From: Calcarisporiella thermophila CBS 279.70
Lineage: Eukaryota; Fungi; Calcarisporiellomycota
Assembly (NCBI RefSeq): GCF_041956535.1
Contig: NW_027192192.1
Span: 871,796-935,795 of the forward strand
DNA: 64,000 nucleotides
Reading direction: 5' to 3'
Shown piece by piece: positions 47,174-60,345 of this stretch. Position 1 is the first letter of the stretch, and the number at the start of each line of letters is the position of its first letter. A program made the position numbers and the translations under genes. Under the pieces are notes generated by a model. It made no database searches. It was not told where the DNA came from and saw only the letters and a list, made by a program, of their open reading frames with translations.

Positions 47174-48626
47174 CTACATCATATCTTGCAAAATATTTTG
47201 CAATTTCGAAGCCCCATTTTGCACTAGTGCCCGCACGGCCTCGACATCAGCTTGCGCTTGATCCATGAACCGATTAGCAAATTCCCGTGCAGATACCTCG
47301 AGATCTCCATTATCCAGTCCCCTACCTCCTCCATATATTTCGTCTTCATCCCGCCCAAAATACTGGGCAGAAGAGATGCTGGTCGCTCCCGCAAATTGCT
47401 GCATTCGAGATGAACGCTCTGCCTCATAAGTGGGGTCATACTCGTTGCGCCCAAAGTACTGGTCAGAGGAAATTGCCTTTTGGTTGCCAAAGCGTTCGCG
47501 CGCAGAGGTAGGTGCATCTTTATCCTCAGATTCAGGCGCAGCAACACTTCCAAATCCAAGCTTTCTCGCAGAAGCTTTGGGAGCATTGTTTGTAGGAACA
47601 GCCCCAAACCCGAGCCGACCCATTGCCATCCCTAATCGCTCCATTTCCATCTTATTTTCACTCTTAGCCCCACTTCCATTCGCATTGGCTATCACCTGAG
47701 GTACTACAGGGATTTTGTCTTTCGATACTGAGGCCCGTCTTGGTACAGTTGATTCCTCCTCGGTGTTTTCTGATTCCTCTGAATGCAATCCCAAATTCGC
47801 ACGACGCTCCTCTTCTTGTTTAGCACGGGCTTGCGCCTCCTCAAAATTGAAATTAGTGACCTTTTTCGCTCCAAGTTTTAAGGATTTTCCTGCAGCAGGC
47901 TTGCGTATTCCACTTAGAGTACTCTTGGGTCGGGACGTAGCTCCATTGGTAACAGATGTACGTTTGGCATTAACAGAGGATCCATTTCCAGCTAAAGCTG
48001 AGCTGGTGGGCGGTGTAATGGCAGGAGCGTTCAAGGGTTTATCCAGTAATTCAAAAAAGTCCTCCTCTTTTTTGGTTTCGTCTGGTTTCTCTTCTGTTTC
48101 AACCAACACCATATCAGGATGCAGGCGGATATCTTCTTTGACTCGCTGAGCGAGCTTCTCTTTATACATAGTTGCTGCACGGCTGGTATACTTGGATTTA
48201 GCATCTTTCGAAGCAGTTGTCCCCCCGTGTTTTGCGAAAAACTCAGTTGCTGCCGCATTGCCTCCCACTTTCATCGTGCGGAGTTGATCCCAGGTCCAAG
48301 AATCTAGCACACATGATCTATCGGGAGGAGATTTAATTCTTTAGAAAAGAATTAAAAAACATTCCAACCAAATGGAAATACCTGACAAATGAGATGTGTA
48401 CACCCATATTCCTGTGGACGGCAGAACAGTCAAGGCACAGGTAGATGCCGAAGGTAACTGATGACCAGGTAGGATTTTGTGCCTTACAATCAAAGCATGC
48501 CTACAATTGCATAACATACCTATAGCCATCTTGTAGAACCATCATTATAATAATCAATACCTTGTTGGCTCGTTGGGATTTTAGTTTTTTGAAAATGTCT
48601 TGGATTTGCGCTTTAGATGGCTCCAT
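47174..48626 (-). CDS. GLO3: ArfGAP of the Glo3/ArfGAP2-3 family
   Basis: Zinc finger [60 protein letters not shown], two Glo3 motifs ([20 protein letters not shown]). Exact 3' end uncertain. Confidence 0.93.
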
Positions 48627-49242
48627 TTGCAATTTCTCTAAATCTATTGAATTGTTTTACAATGGAGTGCAATTAGTTCATAGAAGCATAAACTTTTATC
48701 TTTTTATCTTGGATTAAGATGTGCATGGATCAAAACTTGATCCAGAAGGTTGGCGCAGCAGAACCCTGATTTAAACTCTCGAGCAATTGTCAATCTTAAA
48801 ATCGTACCAAGTCAGGTTAAAAATTGTAAGACTTGATGGGTATTTGTTTGCTCATTCTTCGTTCACGTTCAGTCCTAATGAAGATAAATAAGTCCTAGAA
48901 TATATAACTGCAATACAAAAAAAAAGGGCTGTCATATACACCAGTTGTTATATGTCTACAAATATTTCTATGTCCACCTTGGCAAATTTACATGATATAT
49001 AATGTATCAATCGCATTACATGGTCAAGCAATATAATTAGTAAAATCATTTGGCAATTCGACTCTCTCTCCAACGTGAGGATTTGAGTGGCAGTACCATG
49101 GTAAATCAAAAGTGTTTAGGTTAGTATTAGAGGGTGCAAATATTGCTTAACGGAGAAGTGTATAATCTATAGAAATTCATGTGGCTGATCTATTTTTATT
49201 GTCAGCTAGAGGTTGAACATTAACTTAGAATATTTTAAAGTC

Positions 49243-50120
49243 ATGGAGCAAGCGAGACATTTAGATTCGGATTCAATATCAGAACTAGAATCCGTGCGGC
49301 TAAAGTTGCAGCAACTTCAGGAGAGTTTGAACTACTTTCTGCAAACTGTGAATGCCAAAGTTCCAGTGCAATCATGGTGATTTTTGGAAATTACTTACTA
49401 CTTTTTAGAGGAAAATTTATTCTGACACGCTTCTTCTATCTCGTTTCTAGGCCTGAACTACTGAATAAATATAACATACTAGCTGCCAAATTTCTTTCTC
49501 TCCAGAATGATCTCCTTGCATCTCAAACTCTTCCAAAACTTGTTTTACATCCGCACGAACCACCACAGACGGATAATGAGAGCCAGATTCTTAGCTTCCT
49601 ACTCCGCACGAAATTGATTCCTGAAATTGAAAAGCAGGAAGAAGAAACAAAGATAGATGTCGAGTTAGGAGGCAGTATGGATGAAGATAGTGCCAGGAAA
49701 GCATTGGGAGAGCTGAAAGTAATTTCATTCTTGCGTTTTGCACATATCACCGAACCCCAATAATATATATTTTTTAATTTGTAGAAGAGACAACAACAAC
49801 ACGACGCTTTTACCTCATATGCCTCCGAATTCGTGGAAAATCTACTATCAGAGCAAAAGGATATGCTCTTCTCCACTTTTTACAAAGAGCAGTTGGCAGA
49901 AAAAGAAAAAGAGCAGCCCATGGAAGTGGAAGAGAATGGCGGTGAGTTGGCAGAAGAGGCAGGCCAAGAGAAACAGCCAACGTGGAAAACGCTGGGATAT
50001 GAGAACGAAGAGAAGTATCGCCGTTGGCAACTCGAGTCTATGTTAACATTTGTTAGTAGTGGAAAGGAAGAACTAGAAGGAAGTGAAGTAAAAGCGAAAC
50101 CACCACCGACAAAAGCATGA
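49243..50120 (+). CDS. MED8: Mediator subunit Med8
   Basis: LESVRLKLQQLQESL...W|PELLNKYNIL...LVLHP...ILSFLLRTKLIPEIE, and C-terminal LESMLTFVSSG. Confidence 0.85.
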
Positions 50121-50576
50121 AATCCATAATGCTTCCCTTTTTGTAAATAGAATCTACTCATTTATTTCTAATATCCAAACCTATTAGAATTCTTTAAATT
50201 TCTTCGAAACTTGGAAGGCAATGTATAAATTTTTCGTGAGCAGATTATCACTAACCTAAGCATGTCCGAAGGTTGTTAGTAAATCATTAAGAAGAACGAT
50301 TACAAACACAAGATGTCTAGTATGAATTATGTTAATTTATCTAACATTCTTGTCATCTTCATGTACTGATGACTTGAAGGCTACCAAAAGTATTCTATCA
50401 AAATAAATATCGTGTATCAATCCAAACAAGTGAGTTGGGCTTGGGGATTTATCTGTATCTTTGAAAAACTGCATAGTATGGCTGACATTGAGTAAATTTT
50501 GTTGACTCCTGTTAATTTTAATAGCATGAAAGCAGCTAGTATCTCTTTATATAGCCAAAATAAAATATTAAAGAGT

Positions 50577-51425
50577 TTAAATAGTTTTAATATGAGTCAA
50601 AGAATCACACAGTATTAGGGAGAATAAAAGTAGAAGCGCCCAAGTTATTCTATTAATTGCTATCGTATTCAATAAAAAGCTGCCCGCGGATGTATACGTT
50701 CCTACCATCTCTCCACATGAACATCCAACAGTTGAGTTTATAAATTCCCTAACAGATTCAGCACATAATTTTGCTACATATAAACAGGGATCGGGTGACG
50801 GTTTAGAGAGTGCGCCTGAAGTAGCCTTCGCTGGATTAGAGTCCAATGCCGTATTATTAGAATTAATCGAATTGGGCAAATTGGATGAGGCCATGTGTGC
50901 TTCCGACGAGGATTGTTCGGCAATTGTGAAGGTATCACTCATGCATACTACAGCCTCAGTTGTAACGTCATAGAGAGAGATCACATAGTTCTGAGAAGGC
51001 TGGAGCTTGGTGTCTTTGGGGATGGCCCAGTTATAACTTTGTTTTGCTGCGGATACCGAATCAGCTAGTATTGCAACTACCTATTTCAAATGAGCTCTAC
51101 ATTTCCTATGCTAACACAAACTCAAGACTACTCACTTTGTATGGCTTAGCTAGCGATAATATAATCTGTTAAGCGGAAAGGTAGATAGTTTGATAATATT
51201 ATTAGCTAAATTCAATTTTAGTGTCCTTGCGCAAATTTTTCGTACTCGAAATCTAATTGTATCAAGGCTCGAAGAAGCAGAGTCGTCCTGTGGCTCCCAG
51301 AGAACAGTGGCTATTTGACCGGGGCGCCACAATGTATTTTCGGTGGGAGACACGATCGCAAATTTTTGCCCTAGTACTGGTATTGGTAAAGATAATAATA
51401 ATAAGAGAACTTTATAGCTGTTCAT
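50577..51425 (-). CDS. Ser/Thr-rich, probably GPI-anchored cell-surface protein (Kre9/Knh1-like N-terminal domain)
   Basis: Signal peptide, IVSPTENTLWRPGQIATVLW, YNWAIP...YVISL...SDTFTI, S/N-rich linker, hydrophobic C-terminus after SAG. Two introns. Confidence 0.7.
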
Positions 51426-51860
51426 GTTCACTAACTAAAAGTTTTTAAGTAATGTTACAATGGAAAAACATTTGATGGTATAAACTTTTATGTAACTCTT
51501 ATATATTACCTGTAATAATTTTGGAAATGATATCATACCTTGGAGTACTGAAATTTCAATATGGACGGAATTTATGGCATTTCATTTATTATCTGTTAAT
51601 TTTTTCATGTAACAGAGTTGATTTAAAGGATTACGAAAATAACGAGCGTCATTCTCCTTTAGCTTTAAGATCTTAAGTGTCAGTTCAAGAACGAATCTTT
51701 ATGATGCCAGTTGCAAATATAGATTGGTTTCTATTGAAAAAAACGTCCCATTCATCGAATCAAATAGTGTCCCCTCAATATCAATAAAATACACAAAATA
51801 AAAATACCTCATGGAAAGGAATACAAATTGAATGAATATTTGAAATACTACAGCTACAGT

Positions 51861-53125
51861 TTAATTGCTATCTTCAAGATTTCGAACTACGTATGGTGGC
51901 TGAGGGATATCGAGTGAAGGAATTAGTGTATATGAGATATTTGATGGGGTTAAAGCAGGATCTGATTGTCCAGGTGGAAGAACGTGATATTGTTCGCGTT
52001 TTATGTTATCGCGGTACAAATAGAATTGGACGAATATCTATAAACTACTCGAGTGAGTACGGTTCAAAACATTTCAACGAAGACACTACCGTAATATCAA
52101 AGAACAGGGTCCCCAAACTCCCTAAAAAAAAGGGTAGACTTGCAAGTAGATAGCTGGCTTCAAGGGAATGTAGCAAAATCGACTTTTTATGTGGGGTATA
52201 AATAAACAAATCCACACTGCAAAATAAATATTAAGATATTCACCAGGCAATAGCTAACATTCCCTAGAACGCTGAAATAGAACATGGATAATGAGAGACC
52301 TTCGCAAGACCGAGAGCGAAAGTTTTTTATAATTTGGGGGATTCTTGAGGTTACTTGAGTGAAATATCGAAATTAGCAAAATTCGCTCATATTGAACAAA
52401 AGTGAATATCATAGCTCACCATATAAGAATGCGGATGCCCAAGGGATTACAACTCTTAGCGATTTTATTAGATAGTCCTTTCCTTCGCTCCCCATCCACA
52501 TACGGCTCCAAATCAATCCAGTGAAAATACACGCATTACAAAATATAATCAAATTAATTTTGTAATAATGAACTGGGTTCGATCTGGCATTTCCCTTGTC
52601 CAGCAAAGATGTTGATTCGGAGTTAGACGATGCCGCGGAATAACTTGCAATGCTCGATACTGAGCCAGCACTATCACGATGCACTGTTCTTCTCTTTCTA
52701 TAATAAAGGACTTGGAGAATAAGTATGATATCCGCAACAACGTAGTATCCCGCAAGGAGGAACTATAGTTGAGGAAGTATACCAAGTGTCAGAATTATCT
52801 AGAGAGGAATTAGATAGAGGGAGAAAATAATTGTACCATCGTGAAGAGCAAGTCAGTTATCACCACGCCAATAATATTCAGCGTATCTCCCACTAGCCAT
52901 AGTAGGATGAATGAGAGGGACAGGCCTTCTCCGCTCTTCCTGAGATAATTCTCTAGCATTTGACTTTACAGGCATATGGTAATAATTGAGTGCGTGGAAT
53001 ATAATAATAGATAAATGAGCTTCGTCTTACGGTGTGTAGACACATATCCAGCAAGCTATACTTAAGTAGCCAGCGATAGCCGAAGCGTCAAGATGGGTGG
53101 AGTTCCAAGGAAGCATGAGGAGCAT
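51861..53125 (-). CDS. PQ-loop vacuolar amino-acid transporter (Ypq/PQLC2-like)
   Basis: Not captured as one ORF in the track. Spliced: AGYLSIACWICVYT|PQMLENYLRKSGEGLSLSFILLWLVGD; second repeat SRIPQIIKNFRSRSCEGLSLSMF; LPFFLGSLGTLFFDIT|IFVQFYLY. Confidence 0.9.
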
Positions 53126-53317
53126 CAGAAGAATTAAGGGAAAAAAATTACTGATTAGTCCAGTCACGCATATTTCACATATTGCGCGAAAGGATGACCC
53201 TTAACCATTAATGGATTAAAAAAAATGCTCTAACTGTTGAGCAACCAATAAGTATATAAGTTCTGTCACGTTTTTTTCTGCATTTTCAACCATCCACCTT
53301 AACCTCATGCTGTAGCA

Positions 53318-55447
53318 ATGGATTTGCATTCGCCCACACGTAGCGATGCGAGCGATCGGGATGCTGATAACAAAAAGGAGTTCACAGAAGAGCATCTTGA
53401 GGAAGTCTCCCGCAATATTCAGAGACTTGAACGCTTTCTACAGAAGAAAGATCTGAATGTTATTACGACACCTGGGATGGACTCCGAGCTCGTTAAAAAG
53501 GTGTCTCAGCACCTTGCCCAGGATGTAGGACCTTTTTCCGGCTCTAAAGAACCACTTTCAACTAGTGTCGCCATCCCTCCTGATCCTTCGATTGATGGTA
53601 ATGATTCTGAAGACGCATTTGCAGGTCCAAGCGATGCTACGCGTACCGCTTATGATCTTCAAGGTGCAGATGTTGTGAATGACATCTACAAATGGCATCA
53701 AACACACACACCCTTAAAGCAAGACTCTAACATTCGATCTAAATCATTTTACATACCTCGAAATCACGAACACTCTGATGCACTTGCAAACCTCAACCAA
53801 CCGGGTGGATTCCGTCGCTTCTTTCTCTACAATCAAGCACGACAGTCGGGTCTCTCATTTGCGCCGAAGACCAAACACTTTATAGAATTTCTAGCAGTTA
53901 GTCAACTATATGATTTATTCGCTGGAGAGGACCTGGAAGATACAGAAGAAGATTCGACCACGACCACGACTGACGAGATCTCATCAACTCTACCCTCATC
54001 CGTTACTACAGAGGAGACTCCACTCTTGATTCGGAGGATAAGTCGTAAAAATCTAGATGAAGATCATGGAAAAGCTTCGTATGGGAAGACTGTATTTATG
54101 CTATTCAAGGCTTTCATCGCGAGTGGGATCCTGTTTCTTCCAAAAGCGTGAGTAGAACTCTGTTGCTAATATCTCTCATCGTGTTCGCTTGACCTGTATA
54201 ACCCTTTTTAGCTTTAAAAATGGCGGGATTGTATTTTCAACAGTAGCGATGGTGGTCGTAGCAATTCTATCAACTTGGTCATTCCTACTTCTGGTTGAGT
54301 GTCGAAAAGTGGTTCCAGGGGGGTATGGGGAAATCGGTGGACATCTTTATGGGAGTTGGGCCAAGTGGGCTGTCCTTTTCTCCATCGCGTCTTCACAGGT
54401 AATCTTGGAATGATTTTCACCTTTAGTCGTTCATCGGATTTATATTGATATTTTCTCGCTTTATATCTTAGCTTGGTTTCGTGTGCGGATTTCTTGTTTT
54501 CATTGCGGAGAATCTTCAAGAAGTTATTCTTTCTATCACTAGCCAGAGGCTCTATGTCGAAGAAGGGGCTCTGATTGTCGTTGCAATGTTAATCCTTATG
54601 GGCCTTAGTCTGATTCGTAAATTGCAACGACTTTCCTGGGCTGCAATATTTTCTGACACTCTCATTATAACGGGTCTCTCTTATCTTTACATCTATACAT
54701 CTTCGAAGATCATTACTGAGGGAATCGCCCCTGGCATCCTCACTTTTAATCCAAAATCTTTCGGCATATTCATTGGAACCTCTGTCTTTTCATATGAGGG
54801 GATTGGTTTGATAATCCCAATTCACCAAACAATGCGTGATCCATCAAAGTTTCCGAGAGCACTGGTGACAGTTATCACATGCGTGTGTATCCTCTTAATA
54901 GCTTCTGGCGGCCTGGGCTACCTCGCATTCGGAGAGGATGTGCAGACAATCGTGCTACATAATCTTAATCCAGGTCCGGGCAAAGATATCGTACAGCTTT
55001 TGTATGTGATTGCCGTGATGCTCACTGCGCCACTTGCGCTTTTCCCTGCAACTCGAATAATCGAGACGGGGATTTTCCACACCCGCTCTGGGCGCCATAA
55101 CCCTAGAATCAAGTGGTTGAAAAATGCTGGGCGGATTGGAGTTGTATCATGTGTAGCTTGGGTTGCATATTCGTGCGCGCCCCACTTAGACTTGTTTATA
55201 TCGTTTTTGGGGAGTTTCGCATGTGTCCCGGTAAGTATTATTTGCACAAGGGTTTAGCTATTTCCTGCAACATTGATGAATGCGTCTTTATCTATGATGC
55301 CAGCTCTCACTCATATATCCTCCGCTTTTCCATCTCAAAGCCATTGCCAATACAACACTCACTAAATCACTTGACGTTTTTCTAATTTTCATTGGGATTT
55401 GCACCATGATATTTACTATGTCGGTAACGCTTTCCACCTGGAATTGA
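53318..55447 (+). CDS. AVT3: Vacuolar amino-acid transporter Avt3/Avt4 family (Aa_trans)
   Basis: LQGADVVNDIYKW, PGGFRRFF, FIEFL..YDLFAGEDL, EETPLL dileucine, LFKAFIASGILFLPKA|FKNGG, GTSVFSYEGIGLIIPI, GSFACVP|L..IYPP. Confidence 0.92.
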
Positions 55448-55735
55448 TTGTGGATATCATCTGCATTATCCTCAAAATTTTGATTTTTGTTAGAGCATTT
55501 CACGTGTTTTGTATATGCTATATTTAACTGTTATTTATCGCTGATATTTTGTTGAACTAAACCATAATATCTTTGATTCTGAGTGGATCCTCAAGTGATA
55601 ATATATATTTATATTTTTAGTGATGATTTTAATACTGTTGATATTCCATAAAGATAAAAAAAGAAAAGATAAATACAACAAAACAAAATAAAATCTTTAC
55701 AAGCTGGAAAATATAGACTATGTACTTCAAGTGAA

Positions 55736-56740
55736 TCACAGGGACTTGACGAAGGCCTCTAATAAATCGTTAAAGTGCTTTAGCTCTCCAAGAAATCCTG
55801 CATTTTCTGGGATGCCATCTACTCCGCTCCCACAGCGGTCTATTAGACTCGCGGCTAGACCATCCACTCCATCCTATTCACAAATGAGATTGTTTGTATT
55901 TGATAAAACTGTAAGTTAGTTTGTACGTATATGGTACCTTTTCGAACCGAGCGTCAGTAGAATAATCCCCGTTAAGAGCCGAGGTTCTCAGAATTTCCAG
56001 GTCAGTCAGGAAACTGTGCGCTTGCTCCAGTTGCTATCCGATTATAAAATCATTGTTAAAAAGCTTTTTGAGATATGAAGAAGGGAGGGGCTAACATTTC
56101 TGCGTCTCTCTTCTTGATGAAAATCTCGCCGGGATGCCTCAAGGTCTTGTAGTACTTCTTCTCTTCGCTTTTGCATATTGAGAAGATCTTGACGCACTTG
56201 GCGTTTATGAATTCTGGCCCTGCGGAGGGAAGTTCGAAGTAGCGAGTGTTCATCAAGAAGATCGCTCTAATAATAATAGAAAAAGAATCAGCAATTCAAA
56301 ATAAAACAATTGCAGATGCAATAATCTACCTGTTCAATAAGTCGGATCTCTAGTTCTTTTCGAAAAAGATCGGCGGCTTTGCGAATCAAGTTATCTTCCA
56401 CGCTTACCCTTTTCAATGAAATGTATTTAGAGGAAAATACAGATATATATAATCTATGTAATACATACATATACTCATCAATGGCAGTAAATATCTTGTC
56501 TCCAACAACATCAATCTCATTTACTTCCTCCTCTTTCTTAATACCCTCTCGTTTTTTCGTCAGTTTATGCACGCGTATATCGACCATTCCGGGTCTTGGT
56601 AACTTGCGAGGACGAGGGCGATCACTATATTCATCATCAGAAAAGGCATCGCTATCTCCCCCGCCACCAGGTGAGCCAAGAGATGAGAGATCATCCTCTC
56701 CATCAGTATCATTTGCATATCTTTTTAGTCTTGAAGTCAT
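55736..56740 (-). CDS. Inner kinetochore subunit Ame1/CENP-U-like
   Basis: Spliced: disordered N-terminus, VNEIDVV, FRKELEIRLIEQ|SDLLDEHSLLRTSLRRARIHKRQVRQDLLNMQKRREEV, FLTDLE, GFLGELKHFNDLLE. Pattern matches the fungal Ame1 coiled-coil domain as I recall it. Confidence 0.65.
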
Positions 56741-56926
56741 TAATCACAACAGAGTTTATGAATGAAGCAATATCTGAGCGAAATTTCAATTTCGCGTCAA
56801 TTGTCCTACAGTATTCCCAATTTTCATAAAAATCAAATGTATTTTGCGCGTTCTCCACATTTTTCAAAGTACAATCTCCAAATTCCTTTTGTTCTCGAAA
56901 TCTTGACTCGTATTTTCCTCCCGACA

Positions 56927-59887
56927 ATGCACTTCCGAATCAAACATGCCTATTTGATTAACAACTGTTACCCCAAAGCCTCAAATGAGAAGGGACCAAA
57001 GCCAAGTGAACTTTCCTACCTCACCTTCTATGCAAGCTCACGCCCTGCTAAACTCACCAAAGTTGGCAAATACCTCGAACGCAAGGTGAAACGAGATGTG
57101 GCAAAAAATCGAGTGCAGTATGTTTTGTGCTCATTGTTTAATGCTTTATATTAACTATATACATTAATGACATTATTACCATGCCTTTTCTTCACCTTAT
57201 GCCGCCAGAGATAATCAGGTATCTTTGGATATAATGAAGGCTTTGGTCGAAGAGTGCAAGCGTGACCTTAATCTATTTTCGAAAAATATTGTCGCCATAA
57301 TTGATGATATTATCGATACCCGAGAACTAGATACACTGGTGCCTCGTGCATGCGACCTTGTATGTTAAAATTTCTACGAAATGATATTAAGTGCTTATCC
57401 CACTCTCTCGAAATTGTATAGTTTGTTCTGTTCACCAAATACAACAACGGAGCCGTTTTGGGCATGGACACCGAGCTCACGGGTGCATACATACGTCTGA
57501 TTGAGAAGTTTTCAAAGTTTGCTACGAATAAATCTAGCGATAGCACAATTCGCATAAAGTATAGTATTACTATTTGAAATTAACTTGAATTATTATTGAA
57601 GCTTAGAGAACCCTTTTCCTTAAAAAAAAAACAGAGGCCGATTCATTGGCCTAAAGGCTCTTCACGCAGTTGCTTCTTCTGATCCTCTATTTTCGTCTGA
57701 CGCAGCTGCAGAGCTCGAACCGATACTTCTAGCGGTTTTTACCAATCTTTTGGACGCAGAAGGAAAACTTACTGAGCTTCAGAAAAGGTCTTATTTCACT
57801 CGTATTCAATTCTTTTTGTAAAGAATATAGACATGTATTATATCATATAGGAATTCTGAAAGCATGCTTGTTCCCGACAATATCGTTGACCCGGAGAGCC
57901 AGATTGAAGATATCCAATTACTATCATTGCAGGTGCTAACGATGTTACTCAGAAAGTCAAATGCAGTTGATATAATAAGGTCATTGGAACCAATTACTAA
58001 GTAAGAAGACTGACAAAAATAATATCTATATATCCGAAATCTAATCAATACTTTCAAGATTTTTGGATAAAAATGAAAAGTGGTGGCCACCGAATTTTGC
58101 TATAGAGTTAATGCAAGTGTTTGCAACGGGTCTTCAGGTAACCAATAATAGCCTCTGCTTTATTGTCGAATTTTCTTAGTTATTCATTTAATTTTTAGCC
58201 TCAGTACCGCTACATGTTGGTTTCGGACATCCTACGCCGTCTCGATACTAGCTTTGATCGAAAAATCACTGAACGAAACGCCTCACTCGTGTCGATCCTT
58301 GCCTCAATGCTTACCAGTGACTATAACTTTGTTGGCCTCTCTGTCCTTGAAGTACTGAATTCTTTGCTCCACAATTTTATCGAGAGCCTCAAAGGTACAA
58401 AGTTCCGGGAAGAGCCTGTGGAAGAAAAGAAAAGTCTATCTATGGAATACTCGATCCATCAAGGCTTAGTGAAATCAATTGGTAAAGTAATTTATTTGTG
58501 CCTTTTAGCTTCTCACCTCATACATGCTCGACCAAATATTTAGGAGGCCTGGCTGGTCAAATTTATTATAGCAACCAAGTCAACGATGTCATCTCTCATA
58601 TAATCTCCAAGTTAAGGGCAAATACAACTCTTGAAGAGGTAGACGGCGTTCCAATTGGCCAACTACGCAGGGCTCTACTTAGATGTCTCCAGGTGATAAT
58701 TACAACAAATCAAGAGGCCTTGCTCTCATCACAGGAAGACGAAACCACTTTTCGACTTCCATTTGCACTTGACATCTGGACGCCGACCGTGAGTTTATGC
58801 ACGGATTCAGATTATTCAACCAGATTGATATATTCGGAAACGCTGCTAATGTTGCTGAATAGCCATAGGTTTGTATGCATTTAATCACTCTTGATGGTTC
58901 TGCACACAGACTAAATATTCAATCGATAGAATTAAGAGTGGCTTGCTTACCGACCAATATTTTACCTCAACAAAAGATCGCCAATTCCGACTCACCCTCC
59001 ATACGCAGCTCATCGCCTATGCTATGATCTCTAGTTCCAAACCTGCAGATTTCGCGGCGATTCGCTTGATATTGCGGGAATTGCTCGAAAACTTCGAAGA
59101 GGACGAAGCAGTCAAATGCGTGCCACTCCTATTTAAATTGCAAAATATATGTGTTGAGGAGCGACTCATAGGAAATGTACGGCAGCGAGTTTTGAGCACG
59201 ATCATTTTGCAGCATATGCTACTTATTGCAAACGTGTTAGACTCACAGGAACTAAAATCATATCTCGAAGAAGTAAGTTTTAGAGATTTATTTTGAGGAA
59301 ATAAGATTAAACAAAATTTATATCTCCTGGTCGACCCATAGGCGCAAAAACAGAGAATGAGTGATAACCAATGGATTGATTTCTATGAGGACGTTTCCTC
59401 CTCACAGCTTCGGACACTTCCTAGCAGTTTTGAATCTGTTGAATCTGCTGACCAACCACCCGTTACACATTGGATATCACGCGAAGCCTTAGTCCGGGCT
59501 ATTATGCGCGACTCGCGTGTGAGGGATGAAGAAGAGGTTGAAGAGGCCTTGAGCCAGGAGTTTGGCGTGCGTGAGGTTGGAATCTGGCGAAAGCAAGATT
59601 TTCGAATCAGATCAAGCTTTGTTGCTGCTGGAATTGACTTGCGCAATCGATCGCCACTCCCTCTAGATACACCACGGAATTCCTCAATTAAGGTAGAAAA
59701 TTTGCGAGAAGCACTCGAGACAGGAGTTGAATCACCGAGGCGAGAGGGATACGAGGAGAACCAAGAAGCTCCTCAACAGCCAAAGGGACCACGAAAGAGC
59801 GAAGTAGGACGACTACTGGATCTGATCAGCGTGCAGAATGAGGGTGAAGGAACATCACTAATTAATCCGCCATATCGCACCGCTTAA
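56927..59887 (+). CDS. EFR3: EFR3, plasma-membrane PI4-kinase scaffold
   Basis: KHAYLINNCYP...PSELSYLTFYASSRPAKLTKVGKYLE, CKRDLNLF, PQYRY, GLSVLEVL, IG|GLAGQIYYSNQVND, VENLREAL, terminal PPY. Confidence 0.93.
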
Positions 59888-60345
59888 TTGCCTTGAAATA
59901 AATAACCGATATATTTCGTTTAATTATTTACTCTAATCTTAATTGCTATATATTACACTTGTTACAGCTATTATTTATTTGAAAATGTCTTGATTAAGCA
60001 CAAAAAAAAATTAAAGGTACTTTTTCAGGTGTATTTTATCATCGTATATTTTGAATGCTATTTTGTATCCCTAAATACTAAGCGCAATTAGCTCTCTTAA
60101 TGCAACCCCATTTATTAGCTTCTGTTTCGTTCAAAAATATTAGTGGAAGGTAGATTCGCTGATATAAAGATATTCATTTTTTTAAATAATAATCGCCTAT
60201 ATTTGAAAAATAGAAATAAAAATAAAGCATGTAGTGAAGATTTAAGCTGGTGGCAAAGAGAAAAATTTGCATCCAATTCGAGGCAGAGAAAAATAGAATC
60301 GCTGTACCGTAACTAATCTCGTTTCATCTACTACACGCAATCAAG

